NCBI GenBank assembly: GCA_030641485.1
Contig: DAOWHJ010000154.1
Span: 1 to 40,145, forward strand
DNA: 40,145 nt
Source of the DNA: Pseudomonadota bacterium
Lineage (GTDB): Bacteria > Desulfobacterota > Anaeroferrophillalia > Anaeroferrophillales > Tharpellaceae
Reading direction: 5' to 3'
The position numbers were made by a program, and so were the translations under genes. Position 1 is the first letter of the stretch. Each line of letters begins with the position of its first letter. Positions 19,457 through 29,700 of the stretch are shown here, in pieces. Under the pieces are notes generated by a model, which ran no database searches, was not told the origin of the DNA, and worked only from the letters and a program-made list of their open reading frames with translations.

Positions 19457-20371
19457 TTGATTAGGACTGAACAAAAGCATGAGTTACGCCAGCGTTTATC
19501 AGAGTTTATGACTGAGGAGGAACCGCTGGCACCCAAAACGGCATTTAAGACCGGTGGTGCCGCCGCAATCTACCTGCAACCTGCAGATTTGACTGAGCTG
19601 CTGCTCGCTGTTAAAACTCTTGCCGAACTTAAGCTCGGTTTTCTGATTCTTGGTGGTGGCCGCAACTTGCTGATTGCCGATGATGGTATTAGAAACAAAG
19701 TTGTAATCAGTTTGAGCAGAGGTTTTATGGATTATGAGATTGTCGGCTCGGACAAGCACTCGGTGATGATTCGTGCCGAAGCCGGGGTTTCTTTGGCGGC
19801 TCTGGTTAATTTAAGTGGAGTTGGTGGTTATGGTGGCCTTGAGAATCTGGCTGGGATTCCCGGGAGTCTAGGCGGCGCCATAGCCATGAATGCTGGAGCC
19901 TTCGGGAGTACGATTTTTGACCACTTGGCGGCGCTATGGGTGCTGCATGACGGTGGTCTTTGTTGGCGTTCGCCTGCGTCCCTGAACCCAGGCTATCGAG
20001 ATGGCGGTTTAGGGGGGCAGGATATTGTCGTCGCAGCTTATCTTATCCTGCCCCGCAAACCGGTTCAAGAGATCGTTGCTAAAGTGAACGAAATTCGGAG
20101 CCAGCGGTGGCGACGTTTGCCGCAAGGTGCTCATGCTGGTTCGGTGTTTAAGAATCCTGATGGAAATTTTGCCGGCCGCCTGCTTGAATCCGCAGGTTGT
20201 AAAGGGCTGCGTTGTGGTGGAGCTAAGGTCGCTGTGGAGCATGCCAATGTGATTGTGGCAGAGGATACGGCAACAAGCCAAGATATAATTGACTTAATGG
20301 AGAGCATGCAAGCTTCAGTTAGGCAACATTGTGGTACAATTTTGCAGCCCGAAATTAGAGTCTTTTCTTGA
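19457..20371 (+). CDS. murB: UDP-N-acetylenolpyruvoylglucosamine reductase MurB
   Basis: LGGGRNLL, GIPGSLGGAIAMNAGA, AGSVFKNP, HANVIV, LQPE. Confidence 0.95.
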   Translation: MIRTEQKHELRQRLSEFMTEEEPLAPKTAFKTGGAAAIYLQPADLTELLLAVKTLAELKLGFLILGGGRNLLIADDGIRNKVVISLSRGFMDYEIVGSDKHSVMIRAEAGVSLAALVNLSGVGGYGGLENLAGIPGSLGGAIAMNAGAFGSTIFDHLAALWVLHDGGLCWRSPASLNPGYRDGGLGGQDIVVAAYLILPRKPVQEIVAKVNEIRSQRWRRLPQGAHAGSVFKNPDGNFAGRLLESAGCKGLRCGGAKVAVEHANVIVAEDTATSQDIIDLMESMQASVRQHCGTILQPEIRVFS

Positions 20372-20403
20372 TTTATGATTGAAACTGCAGGAGGGGAGCA
20401 GAA

Positions 20404-21333
20404 ATGAAATTTACGCCAGGAACCAAGGTTGGGGTACTCTATGGCGGACTCTCAGCTGAACGCGAAGTTTCCTTGAAAAGTGGTAAGGCTGTGGGGCTGG
20501 CCTTGCAAGAGCTTGGCTTCATGGTCACCCTGATTGACGTTGACCGTGAGATTTTTACCAGACTTAAAGAGGCAAAAGTAGAGGTCGTTTTTATTGCCTT
20601 ACATGGTGCCTATGGTGAAGACGGCACAATTCAAGGGGTTTTAGAGTATCTACAGATACCTTATACCGGCCCTGGGGTAATGGCTAGTAGCATTGCCATG
20701 AATAAGGTGATGACTAAGAGGGTTTTGCTTTCGTATGGCATTATGACTCCCGACTACACAGTGCCAAGTGGTGTTGAAATTGAGGTTGAGGTGCCACCAG
20801 GAGGTTACCCTCTTGTGGTCAAGCCGGTTGCAGAAGGTTCAAGCTTGGGGATGAGTATTGTAACAGATGCTGGAGATCTGGAACCGGCTTTAATTCAAGC
20901 ACGGGAATACGGTCAGCAGGTTATGATTGAGAGCTATATTCCGGGCCTAGAGTTGACTGCAGCAGTACTCCACGGTGCAGCGCTGCCCTTGATTGAAATT
21001 CGGGCTCGTGGTGGGGTCTATGACTATAGAGCAAAGTACACCAAAGGTTTTTCCGAGTACCTGGTGCCAGCGCAAATTGACGAATCTATCACCCGTAAAG
21101 TTCAGGAGTTGGCCCTTGCCAGTGCCCGGGTTTTGGGCTGTGATCGCGGTGCCGTGCGGGTCGATTTCCGTCTTGATATGGAAAATAACCCATTTGTGAT
21201 TGAGATTAACACGGTGCCAGGGATGACAGAAACCAGCCTGTTGCCTCAGGCGGCAGAGGTCGGTGGGATGGATTTTATAGCCCTGATAGATCATATTCTC
21301 CAAGGTGCTGGTCTTGATTTGGCCCCGCGCTAA
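20404..21333 (+). CDS. ddl: D-alanine--D-alanine ligase
   Basis: GGLSAEREVS, LHGAYGEDG, KP..EGSS, YDYRAKY (Tyr omega loop, D-Ala-D-Ala type), EINTVPGMT. Confidence 0.97.
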   Translation: MKFTPGTKVGVLYGGLSAEREVSLKSGKAVGLALQELGFMVTLIDVDREIFTRLKEAKVEVVFIALHGAYGEDGTIQGVLEYLQIPYTGPGVMASSIAMNKVMTKRVLLSYGIMTPDYTVPSGVEIEVEVPPGGYPLVVKPVAEGSSLGMSIVTDAGDLEPALIQAREYGQQVMIESYIPGLELTAAVLHGAALPLIEIRARGGVYDYRAKYTKGFSEYLVPAQIDESITRKVQELALASARVLGCDRGAVRVDFRLDMENNPFVIEINTVPGMTETSLLPQAAEVGGMDFIALIDHILQGAGLDLAPR

Positions 21334-22222
21334 AAAAAGGGGGAACCAACGGTTACGAGCAGGAAATAGTCGTAAGGCTATCCAGCAGGCTCGCAACACC
21401 GGCGTAAAAAGTGGTGGTATACGTAAGGTTGCTCTGTTAATTTCGCTGGTCTGTTTTTTAGCTCTGGGCGGCAGTGCCTTGTGGCTCTGGTTGCCGACGC
21501 TGGTAAGTAATGTAGATGGTTGGTTAAAAGAGAGCGGCAGCTTTTTAGTAAGAGAGATCGTAGTTGAAGGCATTCATAGGTGTCACAGGGATGATATAAT
21601 TCAAGCTCTGAACCTGGATTCGGAGCAGCTGATATTCACATTTTCTTTGGTTCAAGCTCAGGCTCGAGTAGAGGCGCTACCGTTCATTAAACTGGCAATG
21701 ATTCGCCGCCGGTTGCCAGACTTGCTGCAGGTTGAGGTCGTTGAGTGCAAACCTCGGGCTCTGCTATATTTGGAGGATCTGTATCTGGTTGATGAAGAGG
21801 GGGTTGTGATGGCACGTGCCCCGGCAGGAGAGGTCTTGGATTTCCCAGTGATCAGTGGTTTTAGCTTAAATGAATGGCAGCAACGGCCCCAAGTTTGGCG
21901 GAGATTGCTTAAGAAGGCCACGAACCTACTCTTGATTTGGGAAGAGAGAGGTAAAGAGTGGCCGGAAAAGGTTGCTCAGATAGTGTTGGATGAAGTTTGT
22001 GGAGTAACTCTGTTTACAACGGGCAGTAATTGGGAGTTGCAATTGGGGTCGGAGAACTATTGTGAACGCCTTGAACGTTGGCGACAGGTTCTCGTGTTGT
22101 TGGGTGAGCGTGCATCATCGGTGAAATATTTCGATTGTGCCGGGGAGAGCTCGGTTGTAGCCGGGTTACGGCAGTTCAAAATAGAGGCAGATAAAAAGGC
22201 AGGGGAATATGGCCAGAAGTGA
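21305..22222 (+). CDS. ftsQ: Cell division protein FtsQ/DivIB
   Basis: Basic N-tail, one TM helix, POTRA-like VREIVVEG..LPFIK..RRRLPD..VVE, LVDEEG; located between ddl and ftsA. Start uncertain. Confidence 0.85.
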   Translation: MLVLIWPRAKKRGNQRLRAGNSRKAIQQARNTGVKSGGIRKVALLISLVCFLALGGSALWLWLPTLVSNVDGWLKESGSFLVREIVVEGIHRCHRDDIIQALNLDSEQLIFTFSLVQAQARVEALPFIKLAMIRRRLPDLLQVEVVECKPRALLYLEDLYLVDEEGVVMARAPAGEVLDFPVISGFSLNEWQQRPQVWRRLLKKATNLLLIWEERGKEWPEKVAQIVLDEVCGVTLFTTGSNWELQLGSENYCERLERWRQVLVLLGERASSVKYFDCAGESSVVAGLRQFKIEADKKAGEYGQK

Positions 22223-23438
22223 ACAGATGGTGGTTGGTCTTGATTTAGGGACAACAAAAACTTGCGTCCTGGTAGGTGTTCAGGGGGAGACCGGGCTTGA
22301 AATTGTCGGTGTAGGAACTGCTCCTTCAATTGGTCTGCGCAAAGGTGTGGTTGTTAATTTGGACTCAACTGTAGAGTCCATTCGTCAGGCCGTGGCAGAG
22401 GCGGAAAAGATTTGTGGGCAGAAAATTAAGGTTGTGTATACGGCAATAGCAGGCAGTCATTTGCAAGGTATGAATAGTCACGGTATTATCGGGGTTAAGG
22501 ACCGGGAGGTTAGTAAGACTGATGTTGAGCAGGTTCTTGATGCAGCTCGGGCGGTAGCAATCCCAATGGATCGTGAAGTGATTGATACAATCCCTCAACA
22601 ATTTTTTCTTGATGATCAGGAAGGGGTGGTTGATCCTGTGGGGATGTCTGGGGTCAGGCTCGAAGTCGATGTGCATATCGTGACGGCGGCTGCAGCCTCA
22701 CTGCAAAATGTCTACCGCTGTTGTAATCGGGCCGGACTTGATGTGAAGGGGGTGGTATTGCAGCAGTTGGCTTCAAGCCGGGCTGTACTTACCGTCGAAG
22801 AGTGCGAACTTGGAGTGGTGTTGATCGATATTGGGGGGGGGACAACTGATATTGCAGTTTATGTTGGAGGGGCAATTTCCTACACTGCATGCCTGCCATT
22901 AGGTGGTAATCAGGTAACTAATGATATTGCACTTGGTTTACGGACCCCAATGGAAGCTGCCGAAAAAATTAAGCGACACTACGGATGTACAACTTCGAAG
23001 ATGATTGACTCAGAGGAGCCAATTGAAGTTCCAAGTGTCGGAGGGCGCCCGCCGCGCAAACTTCCACGCCAAATTCTAGGCGAGATTATAGAACCGCGGT
23101 TGCAGGAGATTTTTGAACTGGCAAATCGTGAGCTGCATAAGTCAGGGTTTTATGACCAGGTGGTTTCTGGAGTTGTTGTGACCGGCGGAACTGCTCTGTT
23201 GCCAGGGGCGGCAGAACTTGTGGAAAAAGTTTTTGAGCTTCAGGCCCGGGTCGGTTTTCCCGAGACTCAAGGTAGTGGTTTTGATGCAGTCAACAGCCCC
23301 ATCTACGCAACCTCAATAGGCTTGCTTAGATATGCTGCTGATGGACAGAATTCAAATCGAAACAGTAACGGGTTTAAGGGATTGGAAATGGGTGGAATTT
23401 TTGCTAAATTTACAGCTTTTATGAAGGATTTTTTTTAA
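22209..23438 (+). CDS. ftsA: Cell division protein FtsA
   Basis: GLDLGTTK, GLRKGVV, P.GMSGVRLE, IDIGGGTTD, AEKIK, TGG. Confidence 0.97.
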   Translation: MARSEQMVVGLDLGTTKTCVLVGVQGETGLEIVGVGTAPSIGLRKGVVVNLDSTVESIRQAVAEAEKICGQKIKVVYTAIAGSHLQGMNSHGIIGVKDREVSKTDVEQVLDAARAVAIPMDREVIDTIPQQFFLDDQEGVVDPVGMSGVRLEVDVHIVTAAAASLQNVYRCCNRAGLDVKGVVLQQLASSRAVLTVEECELGVVLIDIGGGTTDIAVYVGGAISYTACLPLGGNQVTNDIALGLRTPMEAAEKIKRHYGCTTSKMIDSEEPIEVPSVGGRPPRKLPRQILGEIIEPRLQEIFELANRELHKSGFYDQVVSGVVVTGGTALLPGAAELVEKVFELQARVGFPETQGSGFDAVNSPIYATSIGLLRYAADGQNSNRNSNGFKGLEMGGIFAKFTAFMKDFF

Positions 23439-23574
23439 TAAATTAGAACAACATGCAAATTTAGGGTAGCTAATCCCGATCTCTTTCGGAAGATCAGTTT
23501 AGGTCCTCAGTTTGCTGAAATATATTGTTAGAATTAAGGTTTGGGCAACTTTAAAGTATTAAAGGGAGAGAGCT

Positions 23575-24855
23575 ATGACATTTGAATTTGAAGAGAGCGT
23601 AAATCTAGCGGCACAAATTAAAGTGGTAGGGGTCGGTGGTGGCGGTGGTAATGCCGTAAACAACATGATTCTATCTGGCCTTGAGGGGGTTGATTTTATT
23701 GTCGCCAACACTGATGCGCAAGACCTGAAGGCCTCACAGGCTGCATCCAAGATACAATTAGGAAGCCGGGTGACCAAAGGTTTGGGGGCTGGAGCAAATC
23801 CCGATATCGGGTGTAGTGCTGCCTTGGAAGATGCTGATCACATTTCAGAATTGCTGGCTGGTGCGGATATGGTTTTTGTGACCGCAGGTATGGGCGGAGG
23901 AACCGGTACCGGTGGGGCACCTGTTGTGGCTCAGTTGGCTAAGGAGGCAGGTTCGCTGGTGATTGGAGTGGCCACCAAACCTTTTAATTTTGAAGGCAAG
24001 AAAAAGATGCGTATAGCCGAAGCGGGGTTGGCAAAGTTACGCGAAAATGTAGATGCCCTGATCACCATTCCGAACCAGAGGTTGTTGAATACAGTTTGTA
24101 AAAATACAACTGCTGCCGATGCATTTAAAACGGTTGACGATGTATTGTTGCAGGCGGTTCGCAGCATCTCTGACCTTATCAATGTCCATGGTCATATTAA
24201 TCTTGATTTCCAGGACATTAAAACGATCATGGATAATGCCGGAATGGCTCTTATGGGGACGGGTATTGCAAGTGGAGAGAACCGTGCCCTCGAAGCCGCA
24301 CAGTCGGCAATTGCATCACCCCTGTTAGAGGATCTAAGTATTCAGGGGGCCCGCGGTGTGATTATTAACTTTACCGCATCTTCCGAGTTGACCCTGCATG
24401 AGATGGATCAAGCCGCGACATTGATTCAGGAAGAGGCCCACGAAGATGTTGAGGTGATCACCGGGTTTGTTCTTGATGACTCTCTGGGTGAGGATCTTCG
24501 CATTACAGTTATTGCGACCGGTTTTGATTCAGTTCAGGCTTCTCAGCCAGCGATTGCTGGAGTTGGGGCTAAGGGGCCGGGGTTAGGTCTTGCCGGAAGG
24601 TACCCAATTGGTACAGCCGTACGACGTGACAATTATGATCGTCCAGCTTTTCAGGTTCAGAATGATGAGGCTGCCGGAATGGTTTCGTCCTACGAAGCGG
24701 TGGACGCCGATCGCATGGTTAGCAAAGATCTTCAATTTGAAGATATTCAGGAGATACCAACTCTTATGAAAAAGGTAGTTGGTTCAGAAAGTGAGTTTGA
24801 CAGCGGGATTGATGATATGGACATTCCAACCTTTATTAGGCGTCAAATCAGTTGA
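23575..24855 (+). CDS. ftsZ: Cell division GTPase FtsZ
   Basis: GVGGGGGNA, GGGTGTG tubulin signature, NLDFQD, C-terminal DIPTFIRR. Confidence 0.98.
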   Translation: MTFEFEESVNLAAQIKVVGVGGGGGNAVNNMILSGLEGVDFIVANTDAQDLKASQAASKIQLGSRVTKGLGAGANPDIGCSAALEDADHISELLAGADMVFVTAGMGGGTGTGGAPVVAQLAKEAGSLVIGVATKPFNFEGKKKMRIAEAGLAKLRENVDALITIPNQRLLNTVCKNTTAADAFKTVDDVLLQAVRSISDLINVHGHINLDFQDIKTIMDNAGMALMGTGIASGENRALEAAQSAIASPLLEDLSIQGARGVIINFTASSELTLHEMDQAATLIQEEAHEDVEVITGFVLDDSLGEDLRITVIATGFDSVQASQPAIAGVGAKGPGLGLAGRYPIGTAVRRDNYDRPAFQVQNDEAAGMVSSYEAVDADRMVSKDLQFEDIQEIPTLMKKVVGSESEFDSGIDDMDIPTFIRRQIS

Positions 24856-24949
24856 TGTTGTTATGTGGCCGCCCTCTTAAATAGCATTAAGTAACAGCGC
24901 TCAGTGTGAATTTGACTCTCTTTCAGTGTTGTCCGTTCTCCGTGCTATG

Positions 24950-25004
24950 AGCTCGTCTTTTATGGGTCCGAATATTAAATCTATAAAAGGCGAGCTTCTT
25001 TTCT
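24950..25004 (+). terminator. Possible terminator hairpin between ftsZ and umuD
   Basis: agctcgtcttttat (24950-24963) pairs with ataaaaggcgagct (24983-24996), followed by tcttttct; long loop. Confidence 0.4.
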
Positions 25005-25050
25005 GCTAACCCCAAGTGCTCGTCACAAGCTCCCTAGGTTTTTAATAACC

Positions 25051-25482
25051 CTAAAGTGCGTGAATGACACTTGTAACCACACCCCAGATTTCAAAATCCA
25101 TCTCCTCGATAATTTCAGTGGGACCGTATTCCGGGTTTTCAGGAAGCAGAAAAACTCTTTTCTTATCTACCCGAATCCTTTTTACAGTCAAGTCACCATC
25201 AATAATGGCGATCACGACTTTTTTGTCGCTCGCCTCCAGGGCACGATCCACAATCAGGAGATCACCTGATTGGATACCTGCACCGGTCATTGAATCACCT
25301 TTAACTTTAACGAAGAAAGTTGCAGCTGGATGACGAATGAGGTACTTGTTCAGGTCGAGGTGGTTCTCGATGTAGTCATCTGCAGGAGACGGGAAACCAG
25401 CTGAGACCGGAATCATAAAAAGCGGCCGATTATATTCACTCTCAATCTCAGGGCCTGAGATCGCCGTAACAGTTGTTGACAT
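25051..25482 (-). CDS. umuD: UmuD-like S24 peptidase (SOS mutagenesis accessory subunit)
   Basis: AGFPSPA cleavage region, DLN..LI.HP.ATF, GDSM (Ser), TVKR (Lys), WGVV; no DNA-binding domain. Confidence 0.9.
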   Translation of the reverse strand: MSTTVTAISGPEIESEYNRPLFMIPVSAGFPSPADDYIENHLDLNKYLIRHPAATFFVKVKGDSMTGAGIQSGDLLIVDRALEASDKKVVIAIIDGDLTVKRIRVDKKRVFLLPENPEYGPTEIIEEMDFEIWGVVTSVIHAL

Positions 25483-25512
25483 AATATTATCCAGTCAAGT
25501 CAATTGTTTTTG

Positions 25513-25550
25513 AAAAAAGAGGGCCATTTTCAAGTCTGAAAATGGCCCTC
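25513..25550 (-). terminator. Intrinsic terminator of the porin-cytochrome operon
   Basis: 14-bp perfect stem gagggccattttca/tgaaaatggccctc followed on the minus strand by a T6 tract, about 50 nt after the cytochrome stop. Confidence 0.85.
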
Positions 25551-25597
25551 TCTGCGAGCAACTATACCCGCGTTAGTTTTTGTTGTTACCAGTAGTG

Positions 25598-28500
25598 CTA
25601 TTTCATGAATGCACCCCAAAGATCGTAAAGGAGCTGGTTACCGCCACCAGCACCGGGCTCAACCGCAACATATTCACCAGGTTCATAGACTTTGACCAGT
25701 ACATAAGCACTCTGGTGGCCGACAATAACAGCATCATGGGCTCGGGTGTAGAATGTATCGTGCTCTCCCAGCTTCCAGATTTCCGGCTCGGCACCAGTGT
25801 AGGGCAGGCGAATAATCGCTGCCGGGACCGGCTCTGTCGCATGAGCGTCATCGGAGCTATGGCCTGAATTGAGTTCGTAACGCAATACGAAAGCCTTGGC
25901 GAACCCACGACCGCTAAGATAGACATCTTCCTGGCCGCCGACGGTGAAGCCAAGAGCTGCCAGTTTATGAATTTTAAGTTCTTGCGGGATGTAAAAATGA
26001 CTCTTATCCATCCATGGGCCATTAACTACCTGTCTGGCGTATTCTCTTTCCTGCTCTTCCAGGGTTAACAATGCCGGGTCAACTCCGAAAATAGAGTCAC
26101 CTTTAACCGTGCCCTCAGAGGTCAGTGAGAAAAGGGCTTCTGCGTGATGGAGGCTCAATTTGAGAATGTCTTTCTCGCGGGCACCAAGGATACGCATGCC
26201 GTTAGCTTCAATTACATCAATATAATCAACCTCACCGTCAACAATAAAGAGACCATCCGGATTAGCCGGAACCATACCGTGTGCAGGGTCGTAACGCATC
26301 GCCCGGTTTTCATCTCTAAACCAAGGCGGAGCCCAAGGAACAAATGAGATGATCCGGTCAGTAACCCGAAGGGCACCGGCACTGTTGGCGACACTGCCAT
26401 GACAGTCGTTACATGACTTGGACCCTAGAGCTTCCTCTTTGGGTTTGATTCCATGGCTGCCAGAGAAGTAGTGAGCTGCAATGAAAAGGACTGGGTTCGG
26501 GTTGGTGCCTCCCTGTGCAATAATTACCTTCTTAAGAGATTCCTGCATGGCCTTGACATCTTCATCCCACCAGATGTCTGGAAACATATCGCCGGTGTGG
26601 TCAAAGAGGACGTAGCCGCTATCCTTCAGGATAACGCGGCCGACGTAAGGGTTCTGGGCCCAAGTCGGATCGTTTGCCGGGATCATAGCCATCTCCATGG
26701 GAGAGACCATGCCGAGTTTGGTAGGTTTCTTGTACTCTTTTATTGTGGCGTTGAGCTCTTTGAGGTAGATAATCCGCGCCCCAGCATAAGGCATTTCACT
26801 CATGTCGGCATCTTCTTGCGGGTTAGTGTCGACCCAGGTCATAACCGTAATCGGATTGCCTGGGACGATTTGTGGATAACCATTGAGACCGTTAGCATAA
26901 TAGAGTGGTGGGATTACTTCATTATCGGTCAGCTCAGTATACTCGAGTGGAATACCCATCGACTTCATGCCTTCGTAGCTGGCCTGGAGGAAGTATTTCC
27001 AGAAGTCAAATTTAAAGTTGGTCGGCATCCCGTTAACTAACTGACCCGGGTCAGACTCACCGTCCATAAAGAAATAATCAACCATTTGCGACTGAATGTC
27101 CATCGATTCCTGACCTTTACCGTCAGCATCAATGTGGTTCGCTACCATATTGAAGTGGGGAATCCCATAACCCGGTGAACAGGAGTAGACCGGTGAAATC
27201 GCGTAGGCTGGTGATGGGAATGCCATAACCGAATTGTCACCGCCTGGGAGGATGTTGTACCCCATCAGGTTGTCAAAGTTAGCATAGTAACCTAGGGTGT
27301 CATCAAAACAGCGGAAATTCCAGGTTTTCCGTTTTGGCGCATGACAGGTTTGGCAGGCAATCTCAGACAAGTGGCGCCCGGTGTTCTCGCCAAAAACTTC
27401 TTCATGCCGGACGGACGGGTTGTTGCCGTGACCCTCGCCACCCATGTGGCAACCTTCACAACTCTTGACTCGCGGGTTGGCATCAAGGTCGTTACGTACC
27501 ATATGGGCGGTATCAACTCCTTTTAGGAAGTTATGTTTATCTTCAACTGTGCCATTTTCACGTAGATGACAACTTCCGCAACCCATCCATTTACCCGACA
27601 TATGGACATCGTATCCACGGTCTTCAGTGTCGTTAGTGAAATTGACGTAGTGGCCATTTTTTACATAGTCAGCTGAAAAACCAAGGTTGTATTTTCTTGA
27701 ACTGGTCCATTCGCTGTTGCCGTGATCTTTAGTCATAACATGGCATTCACCGCAGACTTTAACCCACTTCCAGCTTTCACGATCATCCTGGCCGCCAAAC
27801 ATCTCGGTCATCGGCAGGGCTCCATCTTCACCGATGTCACCAAGATTGTAGAAGACCTTAGGCGTCCAGGTGTCACCATCGCGATCAATCCGTAAATATG
27901 TAACCGGGGCTCCGTCATGGTTGAAATCAAGACCCATGAGTTCGCCTGAAGGCATGTAGTTAAAAAAACCGGGCAGGTAGTCATGCATGACCGGATTGAT
28001 TTCCCCCTCCGGAATTTTTCCTTCCTGGAGATCCTGAATTACTAATGCCAGGTCAAGCTGACCGGTCTCCGGACTGATATAGCGGTAGTCACCCTGCATA
28101 ATCAGACCCATGGCATACATGGTCGCACTTAGTTCGGTACCGTTTTTACCAACGTACGGAATCCCTTCACCTTCAATCAGGCCGGAACGGATATAGTCAC
28201 GGGTAGAAGCATGAAAGCTATCCCAGTTAGTGTAGAATTTGCCTGGCTCATAAGCTCTTAATGCATACGGAATCGGTAACATCATATCGTTTTCAAACTG
28301 GATTTTGTAAGCAAAGATGAAGTCGTTGAAGAAGAGACCCATCAACATATTCATATCGGCATCGGGCGGTAGAAGACCCTTATCCTTCATGTACTGTAAA
28401 AAACCTTGAAAAAGTTGACCGATGGCCGCCTGAGCTGCACCGAGGCGACCCATTTCGTCCATAACTCCATTCGGGTTAGCGCAGTACTCCTCACGCAGCA

Positions 28501-29623
28501 TACCGGTTTTTGCATCCCAGATTTTGGCGATGTTGGGGCCGTAGAGCGCGAAAGGAAGATTGATGCCGTTGGCTTCGATCTGCTTTAAGCCATCAACCCA
28601 CATCTGCATCATTTCACCAACAATCTCTTTCGGTAGTTGAGCTAAAGCCATCATCGGAGTTGGGCGACCCATACGTTGGAGGCCGTCACTATAGTAGAGA
28701 GTAGTGCTGTTCTTCAGGCCAATCTGGGTTGGCATCCCAAAAGAGATCTTCTGGACCTTGAAGTTTTCGTCACGTTCAGCAAACATTAGCATCCGGGGAC
28801 GGTAGGTCTTGACCTTCAGACCATCAGCAGCCCGGTAACCGTAGGGGCTTTCCGGGTCGATATGACACATCAAGCAGTCGGCTTCCACAGTTCCCGATTT
28901 TGACCAATCATGCTTTTTCGGTGCACCGAGGTTCTTCATGGTCTCTTCGATGGTTTCTGCACCGTAAATTGCCATGGTGATGTCGTTAACACTGTAGTTG
29001 TAGAAATCACGGTCGTAGCTGTGCTCTTCCACCAGGCTTGGATCACCGAACTGGGTAAGAGTTCCATCCTCACCGAAAATTCCCTCGACCGGACCGCCAC
29101 CAGGATGGCACGATTGGCAGCTCTCAATATGTTCAGCGGTGCCCATATCGAAGAAGTAGGGTTTATCTTCTGAGGTGAAGGGTTGACGGTAATCACCACG
29201 CTCTTTTTTTGCCGCCACCTGGCGGTAAGAGGGGGGTCACCACGCACCGAATTGCCCCGGACTTAAGAGATGTCCGTAGGCATTGGCAAGGTATTTGTAA
29301 AGCGGGTTATCATCCATGTTTTCACTGACCCAGGTATCACTGATTCCTTGGCCGTCAACATTAGCACCTTCACGAAAGTGGTAGGCTTTGGTGACTGCAT
29401 GGTAGTCATGGCATTTGCCACAAGTCTGTTTCGGGCTGTAGGGCGGGCCCGCCTTGTAGATCGAGCCGCCTTCAGCGGTGACAATTTCGCTATCATCAAG
29501 TTGATCAATAATCCGGTTGCCCTGACCGTCATACAGGGTTACCGGGGGATGGGCCGCCGCCGCGAGCATTGGTACCAATGCCAGCAGGAGTGCTCCAAAA
29601 ATCATGGGTAAAAACTTCTTCAT
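25598..29623 (-). CDS. Secreted octaheme c-type cytochrome, predicted selenoprotein (1341 aa, Sec at residue 129, encoded by UGA 29239-29237)
   Basis: ORFs 29237..29623 and 25598..29218 are in the same frame, joined by TGA plus 6 sense codons (..SPGQFGAW-U-PPSYRQ-VAAKK..). The signal peptide and GGAGG RBS occur only on the upstream piece. Eight CxxCH motifs: CGKCH, CQSCH, CLMCH, CGECH, CGSCH, CEGCH, CQTCH, CNDCH. SECIS-like hairpin after the UGA. Confidence 0.85.
29201..29239 (-). promoter_or_regulatory. Bacterial SECIS-like element with the recoded UGA
   Basis: mRNA reads UGA-CCCCCCUCUUA-CCGCC-AGGU-GGCGG-CAAAAAAAGAG: a 5-bp all-GC upper stem after an 11-nt spacer, a GU-containing apical loop, and a lower stem CUCUU/AAGAG. 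Confidence 0.8.
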
Positions 29624-29700
29624 TTAACTACCTCCAAAGGTTTTATTAGTAATACATGCAAATATATGGTTAAATATTTTAGGTTTTAAAGTGGATTAGT

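Noticed and set aside
20404-21333. Van-type D-Ala-D-Lac ligase
   Set aside because: The omega loop YDYRAKY and the dcw location indicate an ordinary Ddl.
26453-27040. Long antisense ORFs (195 aa here; also 20947..21573, 34333..34851, 38173..38637 and similar)
   Set aside because: They lie opposite well-supported genes and show no motifs; they are shadow ORFs.
25598-29218. The 1206-aa ORF as an independent gene, and 29237..29623 as a separate monoheme protein
   Set aside because: The GTG at 29218 has no RBS, lies inside the SECIS-like hairpin and gives no signal peptide. In-frame continuity through the UGA explains both pieces better.
29237-29239. UGA as Trp/Gly (genetic code 4 or 25) or as a pseudogenising nonsense mutation
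   Set aside because: Many conserved genes in the window terminate at TGA at their expected ends. The remaining 3.6 kb of frame is intact and a correctly spaced hairpin follows. A nonsense mutation is not formally excluded without homologue alignment.
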